DNA of 64,000 bases, taken from positions 64,001 through 128,000 of the forward strand of contig CAXXFV010000016.1 of NCBI GenBank assembly GCA_963674595.2. Direction: 5' to 3'. This DNA is from a bacterium. Lineage in GTDB: Bacteria; Zhuqueibacterota; Zhuqueibacteria; Residuimicrobiales; Krinioviventaceae. Below are positions 50,612-58,902 of this stretch, piece by piece. Below the pieces are notes generated by a model, which worked only from the letters and a program-made list of their open reading frames with translations, ran no database searches and was not told the DNA's origin. Numbering within the stretch: the first letter of the stretch is position 1; every line of letters starts with the position of its first letter. The position numbers were made by a program, and so were the translations under genes.

Positions 50612-52078
50612 ATGTCTGTTATTACCGGTTTGGAACCCAAATTACTCTGGAAACATTTTGATGAAATCCGTAAAATTCCGCATCCTTCCGGGGAAGAAGA
50701 AAAACTTGCCGAATATGTTATTTCTGTTGCAAAAAAATTAGGACTGGAATATAATAAAGACAGTGCCGGAAACGTTTTGATTCGAAAACCCGGTTCTCCC
50801 GGAAATGAAAATGCACCTGCTGTTGTATTGCAAAGCCATATCGATATGGTTTGTGAAAAAAATTCCGATAAAGAATTTGACTGGGACAAAGATGAAATTC
50901 AACTTGTCATGGAAGGTGAGTGGTTGACAGCCGACGGCACAACGCTGGGTGCTGATAACGGTATCGGTGTAGCGGCGGCATTGGCTCTTTTGGAAGATGA
51001 TACGGTCGTTCACGGTCCTCTGGAAGCACTGTTTACAGTTGACGAAGAACGCGGACTCAACGGCGCCATGTCACTTTCCCCTGATTTATTAAAAGGCCGG
51101 GTTATGTTGAATATGGACAGCGAGGACCTTGGTGTTTTTTCAATCGGTTGTGCCGGTGGTGCCGATTCTCACTTGCACTTTCCAATTCAAACTGTGACGG
51201 CCAAAGGTGATGCTTTGGTAAAAATACATCTATCTGGTTTGCGTGGCGGACATTCGGGAATCGATATTCACGAAGGACGTGGAAATGCATTAAAAATTAT
51301 AAATCGATTGTTATACCAGGTACAAAATGTTGTGCCGTTCGAGTTGGTCTCGCTCGAAGGCGGCGATAAACACAATGCTATTCCGAGAGAAGCCGTAGCC
51401 AAAGTTGTTGTTGCAAAAGCAGATGTGGCTTCTTTAAAACCATGGTTTACCGACAAGATAAAAGACATTCAAATAGAATTTCAACCGGTGGAAAAAAATA
51501 TTACCATTTCTGTGGAAGAAATGAATGAAACATTGCCGCAGGTTATGACAAAGGAAACCAAAGATACCTTTCTGGCTTTGATATTTGCCTTGCCACATGG
51601 CCCCTTAGCCATGAGCCGAACGATTAAGGACCTTGTTGAGACATCAAATAATGTAGCTTCGATCAAGTTTGAAAACAGCGAGGCTGTTCTCAGTTGCAGC
51701 AGTCGCAGTTCAAATGACAATTCTTTGGAAGCAACGAGAAATAAACTGGCCGCTATTGCCGAATTGGCAGGCGCAAAGATTGATCAACCTGAAGGATATC
51801 CCGGCTGGATGCCGAATTTGGATTCTGAAATTTTAAAGATTGCACTGGAGACCTACAAACAAGTTACCGGCAAAGAAGCCCGTTACGAGGCTATTCACGC
51901 CGGACTGGAATGTGGTTTGATCGGTGAAAAGTATCCGGGTATGGATATGATCTCTTATGGTCCGGACCTTCATCATCCGCACTCACCGGATGAACGTGTG
52001 CATGTCGGCACTGTAGAGTCCTTTTTCAAACATACTTTAAAGATGCTGCAAGTATTGACTAAAAAGTATTCAGTATAG
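50612..52078 (+). CDS. pepD: Aminoacyl-histidine dipeptidase (M20C)
   Basis: LQSHIDMV, TTLGADNGIG, TVDEE, D SE, GGHSG.DI, HAGLECG, HSPDE. Confidence 0.93.
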   Translation: MSVITGLEPKLLWKHFDEIRKIPHPSGEEEKLAEYVISVAKKLGLEYNKDSAGNVLIRKPGSPGNENAPAVVLQSHIDMVCEKNSDKEFDWDKDEIQLVMEGEWLTADGTTLGADNGIGVAAALALLEDDTVVHGPLEALFTVDEERGLNGAMSLSPDLLKGRVMLNMDSEDLGVFSIGCAGGADSHLHFPIQTVTAKGDALVKIHLSGLRGGHSGIDIHEGRGNALKIINRLLYQVQNVVPFELVSLEGGDKHNAIPREAVAKVVVAKADVASLKPWFTDKIKDIQIEFQPVEKNITISVEEMNETLPQVMTKETKDTFLALIFALPHGPLAMSRTIKDLVETSNNVASIKFENSEAVLSCSSRSSNDNSLEATRNKLAAIAELAGAKIDQPEGYPGWMPNLDSEILKIALETYKQVTGKEARYEAIHAGLECGLIGEKYPGMDMISYGPDLHHPHSPDERVHVGTVESFFKHTLKMLQVLTKKYSV

Positions 52079-52092
52079 AATTAAAATATAAT

Positions 52093-52130
52093 AAAAAAGC
52101 CGGAAGAAATATCTCTTCCGGCTTTTTTTT
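52093..52130. terminator. Bidirectional intrinsic terminator
   Basis: aaaaaagccggaaga-aatatc-tcttccggctttttttt. Confidence 0.85.
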
Positions 52131-52149
52131 GATATATAATCAGCTAATA

Positions 52150-52629
52150 TCAGGTAAAAATAATTTGTGAACCGGCGCTTAATTCATAAAAACGCCCAAC
52201 ATTAATGATTTCGTCCACCTGGGGAATAAAATCATCCATTGTTAATTTAAACATATCTACCGTTGCTTTACAGGCATATATATCTGCACCGGCGTCCTTA
52301 ATCATTTCCAAAAATTCATCAACCGGTGGAATATCCAGTTCATCCATTTGTTTCTTCATCATGGATGTGGCATAGGAAGACATTCCCGGAAGCATTCCCA
52401 GCATTGTCGGGATGTGCATGGCCGGGTTCCCGACAGTTGCTACTTTTAGGTTGTTTACACGTTTTTTAATTATAGCCTCAAGACCGAAAAATGTAAAAAA
52501 GAGTGTTGCCTCAATACCTTCCATACGGGCTCCGTTTGCCATTATCAGACCCGGATAGACACCTTCGAGCGATCCTTTGGAAATGATGATGGATACTTTT
52601 TTTATAGGTTCCAAATTCGTTTCAGGCAT
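52150..52629 (-). CDS. DsrE/DsrF/DrsH-like (DsrE2-type) sulfurtransferase
   Basis: IIISKG, LFFTFFGL, IYACKATVDM conserved Cys, SQIIFT. Confidence 0.85.
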   Translation of the reverse strand: MPETNLEPIKKVSIIISKGSLEGVYPGLIMANGARMEGIEATLFFTFFGLEAIIKKRVNNLKVATVGNPAMHIPTMLGMLPGMSSYATSMMKKQMDELDIPPVDEFLEMIKDAGADIYACKATVDMFKLTMDDFIPQVDEIINVGRFYELSAGSQIIFT

Positions 52630-52644
52630 ATCATTCTCCCAGTT

Positions 52645-52962
52645 TTAAACACATCCTTGTGGTTTACCAAGTCCGGATATTTTGGCGGCTTTTTTTGCCG
52701 GACCTTTTGGAAAAAGATCATATAACTCTTTTGTGGGAATACCGCCGACTTTATTCATGCGCCGGACAGTCGGTGCCTGACCCTTTTCTTTGTAATCCGA
52801 TCTCATAAATTTAATAATTTTCCAGTGGCCGTCTGTCAGTTCCTGAATGTCTTCTTCCTTGGCCAATTCAACGGCAATTTCTTCCGTCCATTGATCAGGA
52901 TTTGTCATAAATCCTTCATCATTTAAATCTACCTGAACACCTGCAATTTCTTTTACCGGCAT
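52645..52962 (-). CDS. TusE/DsrC-family sulfur relay protein (single C-terminal Cys)
   Basis: D.EGF...P.QW.EEIA..LA, LT..HW..I...R, LY.LFPKGPAK.A.KISGL.KP.GCV. Confidence 0.88.
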   Translation of the reverse strand: MPVKEIAGVQVDLNDEGFMTNPDQWTEEIAVELAKEEDIQELTDGHWKIIKFMRSDYKEKGQAPTVRRMNKVGGIPTKELYDLFPKGPAKKAAKISGLGKPQGCV

Positions 52963-53042
52963 AAGACCTCCTTAAAGTATATATGAAATAATTTTTTCAG
53001 TTTTATAAACAATAGTTCAATCTATATAATTTCCTTGTTTGG

Positions 53043-53705
53043 TTATTCTGCCACATTTGCCTGTGCTGAAATGTTTTTTAATATGACCAGGCCCGTCATT
53101 ATACCTCTTCGGACTTCCGGATTGGACATTTCTTTTAACAGGGCCAGCATCGAGGTTTCTTTAGGCAAATCTGTGTCCAAATTTCGATAAACCGTAATGA
53201 CATTTTGCACAATTCTTAAAATTTCCGGCTGTGTTAACTGTTTTACCGTATCCAAAATCAAAATGATGTTTTCACCTAATTTACGAACATCTTGTTCTGA
53301 ATATGTTGAAACAATACGATCAACAATCTGCAAAGTTTCTTTAAAAAAGATAAAATAGCCTTTTTGCTCCATTTCATTGAGTTGATGCAAAACAGTTTGA
53401 AACATCTCTTTACTCAGAGGTGTTGTGTCTTTAATAAGATCGGTTGCACTTTCCAGTTGATCAAATAAACCTGAAATGGACCGGATATTCCGCAACAGTT
53501 TTTTTATAAAGAAAAACAAGTCCTCTGAACTGAAATGAGGGGCGATTTCATCCAGTTCCTGGACGGTTGATTTGTATACATCACTGATGATAGGCGTTAA
53601 TTCTTTACCGAGCTCATCCCATTTCTTTTGACGCTGCTGGGTAATCATGACCTGTTCTGTAAGAAAGTCAATTTTTTTATGCAAAAGCTGCAGATCCTTT
53701 TCCAT
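53043..53705 (-). CDS. DUF1641-like helical membrane-associated protein
   Basis: C-terminal S...LLKEM.NPEVRRG; position between sqr and tusE. Confidence 0.7.
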   Translation of the reverse strand: MEKDLQLLHKKIDFLTEQVMITQQRQKKWDELGKELTPIISDVYKSTVQELDEIAPHFSSEDLFFFIKKLLRNIRSISGLFDQLESATDLIKDTTPLSKEMFQTVLHQLNEMEQKGYFIFFKETLQIVDRIVSTYSEQDVRKLGENIILILDTVKQLTQPEILRIVQNVITVYRNLDTDLPKETSMLALLKEMSNPEVRRGIMTGLVILKNISAQANVAE

Positions 53706-53722
53706 AGTAATAACCTCCTTTC

Positions 53723-54952
53723 TTAGCGTTTTTTTCCGGCCATGTTCATTTGCGCTTCAATGGGTAATTCCGAACCTTTTATTAACAAATTCCAATATAT
53801 CCATCGAAACATCATTTTACCCCAATGATTCATGCTTGTTTCCTGCAACAGGGAAAAGGGGCCTATTCCCGGCAATGGGAATTTCCCCGGCAATGGTTCC
53901 ACATCATAATTGAAATCGATCAACAGACCCTTGCCAAAACCGGATTCTATAAAACAATTGGCATGACCATCAAAACCCTCTGAAAGAGGTAATCCTTCAA
54001 TATATCGAATAATATTATCCGTCAGTACATCGGCCTGAAAATGTGCAACAGAGCCGGCTTTGGAACTGGGCAAGTCTGTAGCATCACCGAGAACAAAAAT
54101 ATTTTCGTGTTCCTTTGACTGCAATGTGTGTTTATGCGTGGGAACAAATCCCAACTCATCACCCAGTCCGGAACGTTCGATGACCGGATCACCCATATTT
54201 ACCGGAACCGTGACCAGAACATCATAGTCCACCTCTTTATCATCCCACGAAATCAGTTTGTTATTTTCAGAATCAACACGGCTGACACTAAATTCCGGGA
54301 CAAGATTTATGTTTTTCTTTTCCAAAAAATCACCTAAAATTTGGGCGGCTTTGGGTTTTGTAAATGCGCCCGGTAAAGGGGTAACAAAAGTCAGATCTAC
54401 CTTGTCCCGAATACCTTTTTCTGTAAACCACCAGTCTGCCAGAAACAGAAATTCCAACGGTGCAACAGGGCATTTAATAGGCATTTCCATTACATTCAAA
54501 ACAAGTCTTCCGCCTTCCCAATGTTTCAGGAATTTTTGCAACTGACATGCGCCTTCAATCGTATAAAAATCAAAAATATTCTTGTGCCAGTTATCTTTTT
54601 TTAATCCTTCTGTCTCTTCCGGGACAATTCGTGAGCCGGTTGCAATGATTAACAAGTCATATCCGAGGATTTTATTGTTAGCCAGCTTTACACGATTTTT
54701 TTCCGGCTCAATAAGCTCAATGTCTGAAAGAATTAATTCAACAGAAGGGGGTATATAGTCACGCTTGGGTTTTATAACATCTGAGCATGTGTATATATCA
54801 AAGGGTATAAACAGAAATCCGGGTTGATAATAATGTGTTTTGTGCTTGTCAACAATCGTTATGTGCCATTCTTCCTGGTCCAAAAGATGTGACATTTTGT
54901 TGGCCATTATTGTTCCAGCCGTTCCGGCTCCCAATATTAACAGCTTTTTCAT
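53723..54952 (-). CDS. sqr: Sulfide:quinone oxidoreductase-like FAD flavoprotein (type III-like)
   Basis: GAGTAG, HYYQPG, IKCPVAP, FVLGDAT..P.SKAGS.AH, GHANCFIE.G; two active-site Cys. Confidence 0.8.
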   Translation of the reverse strand: MKKLLILGAGTAGTIMANKMSHLLDQEEWHITIVDKHKTHYYQPGFLFIPFDIYTCSDVIKPKRDYIPPSVELILSDIELIEPEKNRVKLANNKILGYDLLIIATGSRIVPEETEGLKKDNWHKNIFDFYTIEGACQLQKFLKHWEGGRLVLNVMEMPIKCPVAPLEFLFLADWWFTEKGIRDKVDLTFVTPLPGAFTKPKAAQILGDFLEKKNINLVPEFSVSRVDSENNKLISWDDKEVDYDVLVTVPVNMGDPVIERSGLGDELGFVPTHKHTLQSKEHENIFVLGDATDLPSSKAGSVAHFQADVLTDNIIRYIEGLPLSEGFDGHANCFIESGFGKGLLIDFNYDVEPLPGKFPLPGIGPFSLLQETSMNHWGKMMFRWIYWNLLIKGSELPIEAQMNMAGKKR

Positions 54953-55105
54953 ACAAACACCTCTTTTTTAATAGAATACAACACATTTACTGTTAATTAT
55001 ATTGCATTGCTGATATTATCTTTTATTTATGTGATGATTAGGAAATAGAGATGATTCAATGAAAAATGGAATATTATGACTATCTCTATAAAACATGGCA
55101 GATCA

Positions 55106-55131
55106 TGTAACAAATTATTGATAAGAGCGTA
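55106..55131 (+). promoter_or_regulatory. Putative ECF-sigma promoter for the exporter operon
   Basis: TGTAAC-N16-CGTA. Confidence 0.5.
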
Positions 55132-55203
55132 TAAGTCCTTGTAACACCCCTTCCTAAAAACTACAAAAGGTTGCCATTAAAATATCACGAGGAGATGTTT
55201 TTC

Positions 55204-56304
55204 ATGAAAGGAAAATCAAAAAAAAGAATTATTTGGATACTGGTTGGTATTTGTCTGATCGTTTGTGTTGTCTTTTTTGTTGCTTTAAAATCAAAAGATA
55301 ATAAAGTAACCCGCCGTGTTGTTAAAGTTGAAAAGGCCACCATTGTTGATAAAGCGCTTGCTGTCGGCTCCATCGAACCGATAAATGAAATCGCTGTTAA
55401 ATCTCAAATTCCCGGTGTTGTTGGTAAGCTGTATGTGAATGTGGGTGATTTTGCATCTGCCGGTGATCCTCTTTTGGAAGTAAAGCCTGACCCCACGCCA
55501 CAAGAACTTGTGCAGACGAAACGAAATGTTGAAATGGCCGCCATTGAACTGGCCAAACTTAGAAAAGAATTGGAACGAAATACCCAGCTAAAAGAAAAGG
55601 GACTAATTTCTGATCAGGACTTTGAAGTGTTGGAAAAACAATATGATGAATCTTTTTTAAAACATAAAATTGCCAAAGAACAACTGGAACTGCTGGAAAA
55701 AGGCAAGGTTAGAATTGCGGATACAAATATTGAAACCGTTATAAAATCTCCCATATCCGGTTATATTTTAGATAAACTGGTTAATGTTGGTGATCCTGTG
55801 GTGCCTTTAACATCTTATCAGGCCGGGACTGAACTGTTACGAATGGCCAATATGTCAAATTTATTGTTCAAGGGGACGGTTGATGAAATTGATGTCGGAA
55901 AAATAAGTGAAAGTTTAAAAGCCGATTTGCAAATCGGGGCATTACCCGGTAAAACAGTCACCGGTCATGTCAGTCTTATTTCTTTAAAAGCACGCAAAGA
56001 AGATAATACAACCGTTTTTCCGATTGAAATTGTAATCGATGAAACAAATGAAGCTGTGCTGCGGGCCGGTTTTTCTGCGAATGCGAATATTATTATTGCC
56101 AAACGCGACAGTGTCTTGTCAATACCAGAGCGTGTGATTACTTTTCGTAATGATTCTGCCTTTGTTTATATCCCTCAGGGAGAGGAAGGCAAAAAAGAAA
56201 TTTTTATTGAAACCGGTTTAAGTGATGCCATTAATATTGAAGTTGTTTCCGGACTTGAAAAGGGCCAGGAAGTGTTGGAAAAAGAAAGTAAAGAAATTAT
56301 ATAG
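55204..56304 (+). CDS. Periplasmic adaptor (MacA/YknX-like membrane fusion protein)
   Basis: N-terminal TM anchor; V.SQIPG.V.KL.V..GD, coiled coil, I.SPISG, VDEIDVGKI, IPE, TGLSD...IEV.SGL. Confidence 0.88.
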   Translation: MKGKSKKRIIWILVGICLIVCVVFFVALKSKDNKVTRRVVKVEKATIVDKALAVGSIEPINEIAVKSQIPGVVGKLYVNVGDFASAGDPLLEVKPDPTPQELVQTKRNVEMAAIELAKLRKELERNTQLKEKGLISDQDFEVLEKQYDESFLKHKIAKEQLELLEKGKVRIADTNIETVIKSPISGYILDKLVNVGDPVVPLTSYQAGTELLRMANMSNLLFKGTVDEIDVGKISESLKADLQIGALPGKTVTGHVSLISLKARKEDNTTVFPIEIVIDETNEAVLRAGFSANANIIIAKRDSVLSIPERVITFRNDSAFVYIPQGEEGKKEIFIETGLSDAINIEVVSGLEKGQEVLEKESKEII

Positions 56305-56313
56305 GTCATAATT

Positions 56314-57552
56314 ATGATTCAGTTTAAAGAGACGTTCTTTCAGGTTTTACGGTACATACGTCAATATAAATTGCGTACTTTTATGACAATGTTTGGTCTG
56401 ATTTGGGGGACGATGACAGTCATTTTATTGTTGGCGTTTGGTGTCGGTTTGAAAAAAGCCATGAGTAAAAACATGCACGGTATGGGAGACGGCATTGCCA
56501 TTATGTGGCCCGGAAGTACCAGCATTCCTTATAATGGTTATGGACGTGATCGTCGTATTCGATTTCACGCAGATGACATTCCTATTCTACGTCGTGAAAT
56601 ACCGGAAATTAAATATATCAGCCAGGAATACAGTGAATGGGGGATACCTGTTCGGGTTGGCGATAAAGTCAACAAGACCAGTGTTGCCGGTATAATCCCG
56701 GAGTATGGCCCCATGCGAAATGTCTGGCCCCAGCCGGGCGGACGCTGGCTGCATGATCCGGACATTAAAGACAGAAAACGGGTGGCTTTTATTGGCAACA
56801 AACTTAAGGATTTATTGTTTGGCGAACAAACCAATGCCGTGGGCAAGTATATTATGATCGGTGACTCACCTTTTATGGTTATTGGTGTTCTCAGGAAAAA
56901 AACACAACCTTCTTGTTATACAACACGGGACCAGGACCGTGTATATATTCCGGCCTCAACATTTGAATCATTTTTTGGCCATCGTTATTTAGCCAATATT
57001 GTTTATAAATTGCATGATCCAACTAAAAACGAGTATGTCGAAAATCGTTTGAATCAGGTTTATGCCAAAATGTATGTCTTTGATCCCACTGATAAAGAAA
57101 CTTTGCACATTTGGGACACAACCGAGATGGACAAGTTTATTCATTATTTTTCTCTGGGATTTAATATTTTTATGGGAGTAATTGGTGTGTTCACGCTCAT
57201 TGTCGGCGGTATCGGTTTGGCCAATATTATGTATGTTGTTGTTCAGGAACGGACCCGGGAAATCGGGGTGAAACGGGCCGTCGGCGCCAAACGAACTCAT
57301 ATTATGAGTCAGTTGATACAGGAGACATTTATTATTTTGGGCTTTGGTGCTTTTTTAGGATTTATGCTGGCTGTGTTGCTAATAAAGGCGATCTCGTTGT
57401 TCCCGTTAAAGGATATCGTCGGTCATCCGGAACTGTCCTGGTCCGTTGCAATTATTTCTTCATTAATTTTGGTATTAATTGGATTTATTGCCGGTTTTTT
57501 TCCGGCCCGTAAAGCAGCACGGTTAAATGTTGTCGATTGTTTGAGATTTTAA
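56314..57552 (+). CDS. MacB/YknZ-like ABC permease (no ATPase domain)
   Basis: RTFMTMFGL.WG, VGGIGLANIMYV.VQERTREIGVKRAVGA, PARKAA. Confidence 0.88.
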   Translation: MIQFKETFFQVLRYIRQYKLRTFMTMFGLIWGTMTVILLLAFGVGLKKAMSKNMHGMGDGIAIMWPGSTSIPYNGYGRDRRIRFHADDIPILRREIPEIKYISQEYSEWGIPVRVGDKVNKTSVAGIIPEYGPMRNVWPQPGGRWLHDPDIKDRKRVAFIGNKLKDLLFGEQTNAVGKYIMIGDSPFMVIGVLRKKTQPSCYTTRDQDRVYIPASTFESFFGHRYLANIVYKLHDPTKNEYVENRLNQVYAKMYVFDPTDKETLHIWDTTEMDKFIHYFSLGFNIFMGVIGVFTLIVGGIGLANIMYVVVQERTREIGVKRAVGAKRTHIMSQLIQETFIILGFGAFLGFMLAVLLIKAISLFPLKDIVGHPELSWSVAIISSLILVLIGFIAGFFPARKAARLNVVDCLRF

Positions 57553-57569
57553 CTATTCAAGGATGGATT

Positions 57570-58814
57570 ATGCATATTCTTTTACTGTTAAAAGAATTTT
57601 TTGATGATATAAAAAAACAAAAGACCAGGGCTTTTTTAACAACCATCGCCATTACCTGGGGGACATTGACGGTCATTTTGTTGATGGCTTTTGGTGAAGG
57701 ACTGAGCTTTCGTATGCAGCAGGGGATGTTAAACGCCGGTGACCGAATTATTCGCGTCTACGGCGGTCAAACAACAAAAAAATTTATGGGATTGCCGATA
57801 GGCAGGCGCATAAGGCTTGTTGAGGATGACGCTGCCATGTTGAAAAAGTCTGTGCCCCTTATATCCGATGTGAATGCTATGATCGGTAAACATATCCGTA
57901 TCCGTAAAGATGACAAAATTTCTTCCACCTATATGGAGGGAATTTACCCTGCTTTTGAGGTTCTTAGAAGAACACCCCCCAATCCCGGCGGTCGATTCAT
58001 CAACGATATGGACCTTGTCGAACGCCGCCGTGTTGTTTTTTTAGGTGGTGAACTGGCCAAAGAGCTGTTTGGCGTTGCGGATCCCATCGGCCAATCTGTT
58101 TATATCGATGGTCTGCCTTTTAAAGTCATTGGCACCATGCCGAAAAAGTTACAGACATCTATGAATTACGGACCGGATGACCGCCGTGCCATTATTCCTT
58201 ATTCTACATTCGAAAGTATTTACGGCTATCGTTACGTGCAGGAAATTATCATCAAACCGCGTACTGTTGATGTCAGTGAAAAAGTCATCAAACAGGTGCG
58301 TGAGATTATGGGTCGCAAATATCAGTTTGATCCGACCGATGAACGCGCTTTGCCCATGTGGGATTTTATTGAGCAGGAAAAGGAAAGTGCCAAGGTTTTT
58401 TTAGGTATTAACATCTTTTTAGCGGTTATCGGGGTGATGACGCTGATTATTGCCGGGGTTGGTGTGGCCAATATTATGTATGTTGTTGCCAAAGAACGCA
58501 CCCAGGAAATTGGTATTAAAAGGGCCGTCGGCGCCAGGAAGAGCCATATTATATTTCAGTTTATTTTCGAGTCTTTGTTGATTTCTTTTATCGGCGGGAT
58601 TTTGGGGTTATTATTAGCATCCGGTTTGATCAAGCTGATCTGGACCATTCCGGTCAAAGAAGGCGCAACCGAATTTTTATTAAGACCGCTTATGTCCGGT
58701 TCGGTGGTTATCCTTTCCATTTCCATATTGACGCTGATCGGTCTGCTGGCTGGTTTGTTTCCGGCCCGAAAAGCCGCCAATGTCGATCCTGTTGAAGCTC
58801 TCCGTTATGAATAG
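57570..58814 (+). CDS. MacB/YknZ-like ABC permease, paralog (no ATPase domain)
   Basis: RAFLT..AI.WG, GVGVANIMYV..KERTQEIGIKRAVGA, PARKAANVDPVEALRYE; ATG at 57570. Confidence 0.88.
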   Translation: MHILLLLKEFFDDIKKQKTRAFLTTIAITWGTLTVILLMAFGEGLSFRMQQGMLNAGDRIIRVYGGQTTKKFMGLPIGRRIRLVEDDAAMLKKSVPLISDVNAMIGKHIRIRKDDKISSTYMEGIYPAFEVLRRTPPNPGGRFINDMDLVERRRVVFLGGELAKELFGVADPIGQSVYIDGLPFKVIGTMPKKLQTSMNYGPDDRRAIIPYSTFESIYGYRYVQEIIIKPRTVDVSEKVIKQVREIMGRKYQFDPTDERALPMWDFIEQEKESAKVFLGINIFLAVIGVMTLIIAGVGVANIMYVVAKERTQEIGIKRAVGARKSHIIFQFIFESLLISFIGGILGLLLASGLIKLIWTIPVKEGATEFLLRPLMSGSVVILSISILTLIGLLAGLFPARKAANVDPVEALRYE

Positions 58815-58825
58815 AATTAATATTA

Positions 58826-58862
58826 AAAAAAGAGGCTGTAAATAAAATACAGCCTCTTTTTT
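58826..58862. terminator. Bidirectional intrinsic terminator
   Basis: aaaaaagaggctgta-aataaaa-tacagcctctttttt. Confidence 0.8.
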
Positions 58863-58902
58863 CATGGGGTAACTGTTTTCGGAACGGAACAAAAAATTTT
58901 TG

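Noticed and set aside
52645-52962. DsrC as evidence of dissimilatory sulfate/sulfite reduction
   Set aside because: Lacks the second conserved Cys of true DsrC, and no dsrAB/dsrMK is nearby; it is TusE-like.
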